Shown here: piece by piece, positions 24,018-35,737 of the stretch
Position numbering within the stretch: the first letter of the stretch is position 1
Layout: each line of letters starts with the position of its first letter
Assembly: GCF_001194135.2 (NCBI RefSeq)
Contig: NC_068983.1
Span: 23,001,518 to 23,065,517 of the forward strand
Source: Octopus bimaculoides
Lineage: Eukaryota
Reading direction: 5' to 3'
DNA length: 64,000 bases
Program-made: the position numbers and the translations under genes
The notes under the pieces: generated by a model
Seen by the model: the letters and a program-made list of their open reading frames with translations, nothing else
Told to the model about the DNA's origin: nothing
The model's database searches: none

Positions 24018-24418
24018 GGAACAAGCATGGCTGTGTGGGAAGAAGTCTGCTTCCCAACTACATGGTTCTGGGTTCAGTCCCACTGAATCCTATGCAAGTG
24101 TCTTCTACTATAGCCCAAAGACCAACCAGAGTAAATTTTGTTAATAGAAACTTTGGAAGCCCATCATATTTATATTTATATTTCTATGTGTGTGTGTCTT
24201 TGTGTCTGTGTTTGTTCCCTCTGCCACTGCTTGACAACTGTTGTTGGTTTGTTTGCATCCCTATAACTTAATGGTTTAGCACAAGAGAAGTACTATGAGT
24301 ACCAGATTCAAAAATTAAGTACTATTATTGATTTGTGGACTAAAATTTTTTCAAAGTGGTACCCCAGCATCACTGTAGTCCAATGACTGAAACAAGTAAA
24401 AGATTAAAGATAAAAGGT
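24018..24418 (+). mobile_element. Family A SINE
   Basis: Head, microsatellite and tail as in 3247-3635. Confidence 0.8.
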
Positions 24419-25046
24419 TATGTCATTTTTAGAAATATGTCACTGAAGGATTAAAGCCAAGTTTATACAGCTGAGCATTTTGTTTGTTTTTTTAAATGAC
24501 ATCCACTTAATCATTAAATAGGAACGATAGTTGTTATCAGCTTGGATAACTGAAACAATGGAGAAAAAGTAGAAGGTAAATGTTAAGTTCTGAACTGAGG
24601 ACATTTTGGTCTGTAATCCAGCCCATACCTGCTTTGGAAAGCCCCAAATTTTCTTGCTTGGCATTTCATGGTACCATTCTGACAAGGAACATTCACTTTA
24701 CTTCTTTATCAATTTAGCTTAAAACAAGAATCATTGACATTCCATGGTTAGTTCAACACCTGGTGGTAAAATGATTGCTCCAACACTTTGTGTCTTTATA
24801 AATTTCAAGTTTTACCAAACATTTTCAGACCACTTTTACCATAGAAAAACATCAGGAAGAAATAGATTATAAAAAAATAAGTGGTGAGGCAGGGTTGAGC
24901 TCATTATTATACCCATACACTAAATGTACATTTTCAGAATTCAAAATTGGTTGTATATTTTGGGGTGGGTGTATTTATATGTCTACGTTTGGCACTAATT
25001 GATTTGTATTATAGTTACTAATGTATATATCTTTTTTTAATTCCAG

Positions 25047-25171
25047 ACTTGAAAGCTGATATAGATCATCTGTGGAAATGGCTTCGAGGTGTTGAAAATC
25101 GTCTTTTACCATTGTGTATACGAAGTAGTTGGACTACACCTGAGTTGGAAGAAAAGTTGACTGAACACCAG
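25047..25171 (+). CDS. Internal coding exon (second) of the same gene
   Basis: Acceptor ctttttttaattccAG at 25046, donor GTATTT at 25172. 125 nt, phase 1 to 0, matching both neighbours: (D)LKADIDHLWKWLRGVENRLLPLCIRSSWTTPELEEKLTEHQ. 'LWKWLRGVENRL' fits spectrin helix A (W-L..E..L). Confidence 0.9.
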
Positions 25172-25279
25172 GTATTTAGAAAGTTTTGGTTATGAATCTA
25201 TTAGTGTTTCTTTCATATTTTTCTATGTTATCCGTCAGAAAAAAAAAGAGTTAATTTTATATCACTATATGATGATGAT

Positions 25280-25690
25280 GATGATGATGATGATGAATAA
25301 TAGCTAAATGGCCCAGCTAGAATAAAGTTCATAGTTTCAATACCCACCAGTGATGTTTCATATCACTTCTCAGAGACAGGTCTCGACAAGATGGCTTGTG
25401 CCATAGTTTCGCTTTTTTTTTTTTTAGGTGCTTGTCACAGATAGACATAGACACTTTATCAACCCTCCTTCCTTTGACCCAACAGAATATCAAGTGTGAG
25501 ACAACTGGAGGGAGAGAAGGCTGTTCCATTCCATCAGTCTGCTGGTACTCCTTTTCAGCTGAGTAATATGGGGCAGTGTGAAATTATGTGATTTGCTAAA
25601 GGTTACTATGTACTACCAGGTTCAGGAACCAAACGCATGAACTTATGATTGTGAGTTGAACACCATAACTATTAGGCCATGCAGCTTCAT
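25280..25690 (-). mobile_element. Degenerate family G tRNA-derived SINE
   Basis: Reverse strand begins GCATGGCCTAATAGTT...TTGGTTCCTG (A/B-box-like). Confidence 0.5.
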
Positions 25691-25869
25691 GTAACAAGCT
25701 TATTTCCACTCCAATAAACATAAACATAGCAGTCAAATGAACTAAAGGAAATTAAATTGTAATGTGCCACCTGCTAAATAGTTTCACCTGCTCAAGACCG
25801 GTAACTGAAAACAAGGTTTTGTCAGTAGACTGAATTAGTAACCTTTGTGTAGTGATTTACCAACCATCT

Positions 25870-26050
25870 GTTGCTTTGCTCAAGGTCAGCCCTGATTGAG
25901 CAGATATATGATCAAAAACGTTTCAACTATGACCATCTCATCTTATCCATTGTAGTTCTAGATGTAATTTTTATAAGACAGTAGGGTAAAATATGAGGGA
26001 TATTTGGCTGCTATTTCTAGCAGGTCAAGAGACTATGTAAAGGTTTCCTT
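25870..26050 (+). repeat. Family D interspersed repeat (unclassified)
   Basis: GGTCAGCCCTGATTGAG...TTTGGCTGCTATTTCTAGCAGG. Related copies at ~6720-6790, 27440-27510, 31640-31800, 42797-42985 (-) and 49380-49590 (-). Confidence 0.7.
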
Positions 26051-26239
26051 ATTGGCTCATCATGGCCAATATGTTGGTGGTGGTGGTACTGTGGATACTG
26101 TTATTGCTGTTGTTCAGTGGTGGAGTGATGTCAGAGATTTAAAACTAGTTATTTCTCTTTTGGGATTTATTTTTATAAAATCTATTTCTTTTTAGTTTGT
26201 TTATTTCTACTTAATACTTTTTTTTTTAATTCCTACTTC

Positions 26240-26640
26240 ATCTATCTGTCTATCTGCCTATCCATCTATCTACCCATCCATCCATCTACCTTTCTATCCA
26301 TCTACATATCTATCTATCTATCCTCCTACCTCTGTATATCTATCTTTCTTTCATTCTATCTACTTCTGTGTATATCTATCTATCTATCTCTCAAGCAAGC
26401 AATCAGCCTGTGTACATTTAGTCTTACTGTTTCTGTATATTACTCTCTTAATTTTTCCTTTTTCTCTTTCACATTTGCATTTCTTCATCCCCATGTTATT
26501 TCTCTCCCTTTATAATTTACATCCTTTCTCTTCTCATCACTTTTCATCTCTCTTCAGTTCCCTCTTTCTATCTATTTGGCTCATTCTCCTCTCTCTCCCA
26601 TCCCTTCTATGTATCTATCATTTTATCTATCCTTCATATT
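26240..26640. repeat. CTAT/CT-rich low-complexity region
   Basis: Degenerate (TATC)n and pyrimidine-rich tract. Confidence 0.8.
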
Positions 26641-27740
26641 CAAAATACAAAGGTACATTGAACCTTTAAGGTTGGTTTGTTCCCATGTATGTCTGTATGT
26701 GTGCCTTGAAATCCATCAAAGCTGTGTCACTCTGTAGGATAGGATCACTTATGTCCTTTCTCTAAACTTTATCCTCTATTGCACATGACCTGGTCTTGGT
26801 CTTCAATTCCTACCTCCCCTCTCCCATTACAAATGCTCCCATTGTGCCTGTGCCTACAAGCTCCCTTCCTCTACTGTTAGGACCACTAACCCTAACACCA
26901 CTGCCACCACCACCTCTGCCTTACAGCTGGAAATACAAGCTATACTCAGCTGGAGTTGAAATTGGCTCTTTTCAGTCTCATTGGTCTTTTTGTTCTTAAA
27001 TCCAACTAAATGAAAAAGGTAATGTAATTTGTTAAGTAAAATAATATTTAATATCTGGAATAACTTCCATTTATCAAATTTTTAATGCATTTTGGTGTCT
27101 AATTTAAGCACAATTGAAATTTTTTTTTGTACTGTTTTCTTAAAGGGATTTTTTGGGGTTTTTTTTTAAGTGAAGACATTAAAGAAATGCTCTTTCACGT
27201 GGCTAAAATTCTGCTTGTTAATGGGGTGCTGTCCCATGCTGTATAGTTTTCTACTTTGTTTTTCCTATTGCCATCATCTCCAGCAGAAATCTTAATTATA
27301 TGTAATTGTGTGTATGTGTTTGTATGCGGTTTATAGTTTGTTGTTTAACCAAAAGTCAGCACTGATGGAAGATTTTTTTTTCTTGTATTCAAAGTGTCCA
27401 GCATGAGGAGTTAGTTTATTTTGTTTGTTTTTTAGATGATAGGATGTGATTTCGGGAAGCCTTGGCTGCTATTTCTAGCACGTTGAATGACCATATACAG
27501 GTTCCCTCTTTTTTTAATCTTTTCACATATGCATTGTATTTTATATACGCTTTGTGTTTTGTATGTTTATTGAACTTTATATTTTATAATAATCCTTTTT
27601 ATAATAATACACATCAATTTCATTTATATTGTGATGCTATACTTGACCTTCTGTCTTAATTTATTTTTTTATAAAATAAAATCAAAATTATTTTCCTCCT
27701 TAGAGACTTATCCATACATTTGATTACTATGTCTACTATA

Positions 27741-28130
27741 GGCGTAGGAGTAGCTGTGTGGTAAGTAGCTTGCTAACGAACCACATGGTTCCGGGTTCAG
27801 TCCCACTGCGTGGCATTTTGGGAAAGTGTATTCTACTATAGCCTCGGGCCGACCAAAGCCTTGTGAGTGGATTTGGTAGACGGAAACTGAAAGAAACCCG
27901 TCGTATATATGTATGTGTGTGTGTATATGCTTGTGTGTCTGTTTGTCCCCCAACATCGCTTGACAACTGATGCTGGTGTGTTTACATCCCCGTAACTTAG
28001 TGGTTCAGCAAAAGAGACCGATAGAATAAGTATTAGGCTTACAAAGAATAAGTCCTGAGGTCGATTTGCTTGACTAAAGGTGGTGCTCCAGCATGGCCAC
28101 AGTCAAATGACTGAAACAAGTAAAAGAGTA
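27741..28130 (+). mobile_element. Family A SINE, young full-length copy
   Basis: Retains CpGs; B-box GGTTCAGTCCC. Confidence 0.88.
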
Positions 28131-28299
28131 TGTACTGCATATTTTTCTTTCATTTATCTGATTGCTGTCCAACTTGTCCACCCACCCATCCCCAACATGT
28201 ATACATACCTTTTGTAGCCTGTTTTTGCAATGCCCTTCATCTGTCACTCTTGTGGTGGTAAAAGACAGACTAAATGCCTTGTGATGTTAGTTCTGAGAC

Positions 28300-28575
28300 T
28301 GCACCTTTTGAGTTCAAATCTATCCAGGATCAACTTTGCTTTCCATTCCTTGGGTAGATAAAATAAAGGACTAATTAAGTACTGGGGTTGGTGATATCAA
28401 CTTACCCCTCCCCTCAAAAACCACTAGCTTTGTGCCTAAATCAGAAATTATTGAGGTCAACTTTGCTTTCATCCCTCTTGAGGTCAATAAAATAAATAGC
28501 AATTGAACCCTGGGGTTGATATAATCAACTTCGCTTGAAATTGCTGATCTCATGCCAAAATTTGAAACCATTATC
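28300..28575 (+). mobile_element. Degenerate family B SINE fragments
   Basis: Two B core/tail segments. Confidence 0.7.
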
Positions 28576-28689
28576 ATCATCATCATTATTATTATTGAGG
28601 ATGCATGGCCTAGTAGTTAGGGTGTTGCACACAAGATTGTGAGATTGTAGTTTCAATTCCTAGACCAGGTGCTGGTACTGCATCAGGGC

Positions 28690-28732
<43 letters not shown>

Positions 28733-28759
28733 GTTATTATTATTATTATTATATATCAA

Positions 28760-29625
28760 TTTGATGGCAGGAGTGAGCTGATGTGTAGCACAAGCATTTC
28801 ATCTCTATAAACAAATCATTTGTGCAGGTCATTCAGTAAAAAAACTCAATCCTCCCTCATATGTTATCTTTGACAAGAGAGTCCATCATTGACGAGCTGG
28901 CAGAATCATTAGCACTGGCGAAATGCTTAGCGGTATTTTGTCTGTCTTCATATTCTGAGTTCAAATTCTACCAAGGTCAACTTTGCCTTTCATCCTTTCG
29001 GGATCAATTAAATAAGTACCAGTTATGCACTGGGGTCGATGTGATTGACTTAACCCTCTACCCACATTTCAGATCTTGTGCCTGTAGTAGAAAGGATTAT
29101 TGTGATTATTGAGTGAGAGAGCAGTGCATACCATCAAAGTGACATTGGGTACAAATATACGAAGTCCAATATACCCATCATGACTACCCGTCTGATAAGG
29201 GTACACCAGGCACATGCATCGTAACCATATGTGTGCAACATGGTGATCTCATATCAAGATAAACAGTGCATGGCCTTGTAGGTGGGGCCCAGTTAGAATT
29301 TTTTGTGGGTCAAGTAGCCCATCCCGCTCAAAAGGTCCCTGAATAAAGTTTAAGGATGATGAATGAAACACCCATATTTCCAGGGGTGAATTATTGAAAT
29401 CCCAAAGAATTCCTCTCAACACATGGCTATGATGTTTCCACACTACTTCTATTTGTGATGAGAGATGCACATATCGTCAGTCACTAAGGGACATGCTCAA
29501 CTGATTAAGGTCAAGCTACTGACATGATAACACTTCCAATCAGTTAAAATCAAAAGCCATGGGAGCCACCACCTGGTACTACATCAGGGCATTTATTATT
29601 ATTATTATTATTATTATGTTAGTAT
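28760..29625 (+). mobile_element. 5'-truncated retroelement-like repeat with (ATT)n tail, containing a nested B SINE (~28892-29100)
   Basis: Ends CACCTGGTACTACATCAGGGCATTT(ATT)n. The same terminus occurs at 28672-28750. Confidence 0.6.
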
Positions 29626-29889
29626 TGACTTTGCTTTTCATCTACCCAATCAATAAAAATAAGCATCAGTCCAGTATCCATCTAAACAGCTGTTTCCTCT
29701 CCCCCAAATTTATGACCGTGTATCTATTAGAAATAATAATTATTAAATATATGCACAATAGAGTACTTTATTCTCTAAAGTACATGCAGTTATGACTGTG
29801 ATAAAAAGTCCTCTTTTTAACTATGTGAGTTCAGTCTCACTGTGTTACAGCCTATGTGTAAGTGTGTGTGTGTACGCATACCTGGGTAT

Positions 29890-30420
29890 GATTTTAAACA
29901 GCACCTGGTGTGGAACTCTGGTTCAGCAGTTTGGAATAGTGGAACCACCTCTTAGTCATTGACACTCCAAAGTCCACATTGACTCGGAGTAATAGCACTT
30001 GTTAGGGTACCAGCACTGGGTTAATTGGCATATTAAGGTTTATCTACCTTACATGTGAAAACTAGATCCAGCAGACTCTGTGGAAGAACCTTTATGCTTC
30101 AGCAGAGGGGAAGACAGATGCAGCAGCACATTGTGGAGTTCAGAGAGCAAAATGAGGCAAGCAAGACATGTTGACCGTCCATTGCAGCTGTTTCCATTCC
30201 CAATCAACTTGACCTAGTCTTACTCCAGGATTGGAGATGGTCACAAACAAGAGTGTGAGGTCAACAGTGTGCAACTGCTCTTCACTTTATACACCATCAG
30301 TCATCCTTAAGGATGACTAAATTGTCCTCATCACTCTGACATCTGTCTTCCTGCTGGCACAGGTTCTATGGTTCAACAAGATCCGACAGATCGGAGGACC
30401 GCATCACACTCCAATGTTTA
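29890..30420. mobile_element. Probable non-LTR retrotransposon remnant
   Basis: GC-richer block in AT-rich context with no intact ORF. Classification not supported beyond composition. Confidence 0.3.
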
Positions 30421-30879
30421 CTTTCATATGGTTGTTTTTTGTTGTTGTTGTTTTTTATTTTTTATTCTTATACTCTAATAATTGGAAATTCTATTTAAAT
30501 TAGAATAACTAAGTCATCATGATAGCATAAATAAACTCTTAAGTTTGTGTTCAAATGCAACCAAGTTGTTAGTCAATAAAATATGTATCAGACATCTACC
30601 AAAGCCAGTTTGATTGACTACACTCCTTTCAGATCAATGGCATTTTATCAATGCTGTAAGAGAAACCATCATCATCATCATCATTATTACAGTATTGTCA
30701 TTTAGTTAGATGTGGTGGTTAATGCCTTTTGCTTGCAATATCTTCATATAAGATTTGGAAAAAACATTGTACCTTATGAACTCTGACTGTAATTATAGAA
30801 AAATTTGATGGAGTGTAATATTGAGATATTAAGGCCAGGAATGTTGAACAGGCAAATCAATCGAAGTCTTCAGAAATGT

Positions 30880-31470
30880 AGCAGGGCTAATAATTTCTAT
30901 AAAAGGTACAAGACCTGAAATTTTAAAGCTGGGGGCTGGTTGATTATCAACCCCGCTGGGGATCAACTGCTTCCTATATTATACCAACTCCAAAAGGATG
31001 AAAGGCAAAGTTGATCTTGACAGAATTTGAACTCAGAGCACACAGCCAGAAGAAATGTCAATACTAATTACAATAATGATTTGAAACTTGCCAACATGAT
31101 GTGTTTTTCTTGGAATCAGTCCCACTGCACAGCACCTAGGGCAAGTGTTTTCTACTGTTGCCCAGATTAACCCAAGCCTTGTGAGTGAATTTGTTAGATG
31201 GAAACTGAAAGAAGACCATCATGTGTGTTTGTGTGTTTACCCTTTGTTGACATCATATAATGGTTGTAAATAAACATCACCATCAGGCAAGCAAAGCTGT
31301 TTGTTTTCAGCCTTTCATGGGAAACATGCCTGGCCATGAGGAAATATTACCTTGCTTGGAAATGTGCAAGGGTTGGTGACAGGAAGAGCATCCAGCTATA
31401 GAAAATCTGTTTCAACAAATTCCATTTAACCCTTGCTAGCATTGAAATGTGAGCATTAAATGATAATATG
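30880..31470. mobile_element. B SINE (-; 30880-31060) followed by F SINE (+; 31088-31470)
   Basis: Reverse B core; A-type head joined to the F body and C-type tail. Confidence 0.7.
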
Positions 31471-33424
31471 ATAGGCTTCCACACAGTTTTTTCTTACCAA
31501 ATTCATGAGACGTTAGTCAGTTTGGGATTATAGTAGAAGGCTGCAAAGCAAACTTTTTAACCATACAGTCATTCCAGCATAATTTCTTAACATTTGATGT
31601 ATACTGAAAATAAGGGTTTCTTTTACTTTCACTCATTGTTGTTCTTGTTTAGCCTCAGGTCATCCCTGATACAGCTTATCTGTGATCAAAAGTATTCAAA
31701 CTATGACCATCACATCTTTATTTTCATATATAGTATATTTAGAGCCCCTATAGCAACTGAATGAGATTTAGTTACTATTTCTGGCAGGTTGCACTAAAGA
31801 AGAGTAAAATAGGACCTTCTGACTTTCATGCCAAAGTCATTAGTGGCATGTGTCAAATGAAATTATCTCATCTAATACTTGAAACTGCATCCTAGTAATT
31901 TAAACATTACATAATAATGGAAGCATGTTTTTTAGTCTTTGATGGGTTTCACTTTAAAATAGGTCATATATATTAAGTACCTTTGCTTACCACCCTCTTT
32001 ATAAACATCTATCAAAGAGCTATTATTATACTTTGGATAAACTCAAAAATGATTCATACCTACTTTATACTTCTTCACCTTCTCATCTGTATCTATGCTG
32101 AGCTCACTTTCTGCCACACCCTACTGCTGACATTGTACTGAACAAGAGGTTCACCTGTTTTTTTTTTTTTATTAAACCAACTCTTTTGTTGTTGGGGTTT
32201 TTTCCCCACTTTTGTCAACACTCTACTGTTACCATAACCATCAACCCATTACTACTATTTTTCTCAATGTAAACCAAATACAAAGATCAGGGCAATGAAT
32301 GACAGATTCAATAGTGTTAGAATTTTAATGTTAGGTTTTTTTTTCCCTCCATCCTGTTAGACAGGCATGAGGAGCGAAGTTATATTAGGAGTTGAAAAAA
32401 AGCAAGAATTAGTCTTCTCTGGAATATTAGTAACAGAAATGAAATTTCTTCCATACTGGGAAAATGAAACTATGTCACATACTTTGCCACTCCAGAAAGT
32501 CCCTTGAAACACAGTTTCAGACTGGTTCAGATAATTGATATGGCATATCTCCTTCAAGTGGAATAAAACTATATTGTCTAAATAAGCAGCTGCTGATTTT
32601 CAGATCTTCAACAAGACACTGAACTATATAGGGACTTTCATGTGGTGAACAGAAATAAGTACCTGGTTATAATACAATCTAAGGGCTTGTCTGACAATTG
32701 CTTTTTATTTATTGTTGAAAGACAGTCTTCTTTCCACTCAATCTGAAAGTGACTTGCTTTTATTATTTTTTCCTTTTTGTACTCTGTGACCTCAGTACTC
32801 TCGACTTTCCTTTGTAAATTTGCCTAAATCAATTACATATTACCTGATTTAAATAGACTATAGTAAGCTCTTATTAACTTTTAATTTACACATTTAGGCT
32901 CACCTTCACCCATACATCCTGAATTTTCTTTTTATCTTTTAATTCCTCTTTTTTTGTTTTGATTATGAGGGATTATTAATTATTCTTGCCTTATGTCATA
33001 TTCTTTGTTGATGTCATAATCCTCCCCACAGACGACTCGATTATATTTTAGGTAATCTCACTTAATTTATCCTTTCTTTTGTTTGAGTATTTATTCATTC
33101 ATTTGCTTTATGTGTTTCTCCATACTAGATACCCTTGTCTCTAACCCATACCTGTTCCTCGAGTAAGGGATTTTTTTTTTTCAAATCCTTTATTTTATGA
33201 GGGATTCAAAAGAAAGTACAAAGCCAGGGGAGGGACAACTTGTTGCAAGGAAAATCACTACATCACCATCTTTTATTCAACATTTTCACATGAGAATGAA
33301 GAATGTAAACATTAACGCGCACATACATATTAATGTATATATTATATATATGACATAAAGTTTCTTTCTCTTAATCCAACCTGCAAGATGTTGGTCAAAC
33401 AAAGACTGCAGTAAAAGCCACATA

Positions 33425-33579
33425 GATGCAGGCATGGGTTTCCAACCTCATGGCTCTGGGCTCAGTCCCACTGCATGGCACCTTGGACAAGTGTCTTCTA
33501 CTGTAGCCTTGGGCTGACCAAAGCCTTGTGAGTGGATTTGGTAAGATGGAAACTGAGTGAAGCTCATTGTATGCATCTA

Positions 33580-33610
<31 letters not shown>

Positions 33611-33770
33611 CTTCACTACACTGCTTGACAACCAGTGTTGGTCTGTTTATGTCCCTGTAACTTAGCAGTTCAGCAAAAAAGACCAATAGAGTAAGTACCA
33701 GACTTTAAAAAAAAGCATGCTGCTGTCAGTTTGTTTGATTAAAAATTCTTCAAGACATTTCCCCAAGACT
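33425..33770 (+). mobile_element. Family A SINE
   Basis: Head, (TG)n and tail. Confidence 0.8.
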
Positions 33771-33889
33771 ATCGGAACTATCTTAGACAGTATTACTTAT
33801 ACTTTAGTGATTATCATAAATTAGGAATTTATATTACTTAAAAAACGCAGCTATCAAGGAATAAAGCCATAACTTGTGTACTCTGCTAT

Positions 33890-34245
33890 AACCCATTATC
33901 ATTTAAACTGGCCAGATCCAGCCTAAATATTCTGCCTGTTTTATGTTCAAACCAGCCAGATCCTGTCTTTTACACCTACCCTATAATCCAAAAATATGCA
34001 ATCACCTAATTGAAATGTCAGGTCTACAAGCTTTTAAACCAGCCATATCTATCCCAATTATTCTATTCATTTTATGTTCAAATTGGTCAGATCTAGCTTC
34101 TTATACCTACCTTATTCAACATGTTGTTCTAAAAGTAAATGATCACATCATTGAAACCTTGAAGTTACAAGATAATGCACGGTTAATTCAAAAGTGAATA
34201 AATAAGCATTGCATATGATAGAATAATCTAAACAGTAAAGGGTTA
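33890..34245. mobile_element. piggyBac-like MITE (family of 13181-13400), opposite orientation, partial internal duplication
   Basis: TTTAAACTGGCCAGATCCAGCCTAAATATTCTGCCTGTTTTATGTTCAAAC occurs twice; ends AAAGGGTTA. Confidence 0.7.
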
Positions 34246-34812
34246 GCTGAAACTTGTTTGGAGTTATCTCCCATACTTGTTAGAAAGGTGAAAAAATTAG
34301 TCACTGACTAATGTATTGTTTCTAGTTACCATTCTTATGTTCTCTGCTTTGATATTATGAACATTAACTTAACTATTGTTATACATGCATATGATACCGT
34401 TGAATTATTTATTCTATATGTATATCGATCTATTTTGTGCCTACCTGAATTCAGATAAAGTTTTATGACAAAACACTCTTGTACTATTTATTGTATTGTT
34501 TGCTATTATTTGAGAGGTCTTTATATAGAAAATATACCCATCCTTGACTGTTTTTGGTAATTGTTCTTTTCAGTGAATTATATAAATGCAATTTTCATAA
34601 TGTAATTGACTATACTGAGATTTCTAACTTTGGCACAAATCCACTGAGGTCCCAAATTTGTACAAGAGGAGGGGCATATAGCCCAGTAAATCAATTTTGT
34701 GACATGATGGGTGTGTGATTTATCATTCCTCTCCTTTCTTTGCTGTTACATAAGCACCAAATTTAACTCTAGCAGGATTTAAGCATGCAATTTAAAGTAA
34801 TGTAACTTAGTA

Positions 34813-35082
34813 GGTACAGGCATGGTTGTGTGGCTAAGAAGCTCACTTTGCAACCAACTAGTCTCAGGTTCAGATCCACTATGTGGCACCTTGGGCAGGT
34901 GTCTTCCACTGCATTCCCAGACTGACCAATACCTTCTGAGCAAGTGTGATAGATGGAAACTGTGACAAAACCTTTGTGTGTGTGTGTGTGTGTCCACAGC
35001 TACTTAACAACCAATGTTGATTTATTTACATCTCTGTAACTTAGCGGTTTGGCATAAGAAACCGATAGAATAAATGCCAGAC

Positions 35083-35121
<39 letters not shown>

Positions 35122-35150
35122 TTAGGGTACCAAGATGTGTGTTTTGTATA
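34813..35150 (+). mobile_element. Family A SINE with (TA)n expansion
   Basis: Head and mid-body match A. Confidence 0.75.
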
Positions 35151-35169
35151 GCTAATATACAAGTTCCTA

Positions 35170-35737
35170 GGATCTTTTTTAAAACAGGGGCCACATTTTT
35201 CATTAACGAAACACTTTGAAACTTGGAACACTGGTAGAATGTGTCATATAAAACATCTTTTTCTCTTAGTCTTCTTTAAAAAAAAAGAAATCCATAAATT
35301 ATTCCATGTTAAAGTTGTCGTATTTCTGTAATTTCAACCAATCACTGACGTCCATTCAGCCGATATACATTAAGTGCCAACTACATAAACAAACGATTCT
35401 GAAACAATTAACCCTAACCCTAACCCTAGAGTTAGGGTTAGGGTTAAAGCAAATTTAAAATGAAAAAAGCAAATAAAACGAAGGTATGGAGATTAAATAC
35501 GCTTTACATCGCTTAATCAGCCAAAGGACTAAATGTAAACAACTGAATACTTGTCAGTGATTGGTTGAAATTATCGAAATAAGACAATTTTTTACATGAA
35601 ATAAATTCGAATACAAAAATATTTTTCTGTTCTATAACACAAAATAGATAAGTATACGAAGTTTGAAAGTCTTTCCGTACCAAAAACACTACGTAAAACA
35701 TTAATGAAAAATGTGGCCCCCGTTTTAAAAAAGATCC
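35170..35737 (-). mobile_element. Young TIR MITE (Merlin-like) with telomeric core, copy 2, 568 bp, inverted relative to copy 1
   Basis: Same TIR; 8-bp TSD AGTTCCTA (35162-69, 35738-45); about 10 differences from copy 1 outside the core. Confidence 0.92.
35408..35447. repeat. Palindromic telomeric repeat core
   Basis: TT-(AACCCT)3-AGAGTT-(AGGGTT)2-AA. Confidence 0.95.

Larger units (their letters stand above)
628..25046 (+). other. GT-AG intron, 24,419 bp
   Basis: Defined by the flanking in-phase exons. Confidence 0.85.

Noticed and set aside
33383-33394. 12-nt match to miR-31 family (GCAAGATGTTGG)
   Set aside because: The match does not extend and no hairpin partner is visible.
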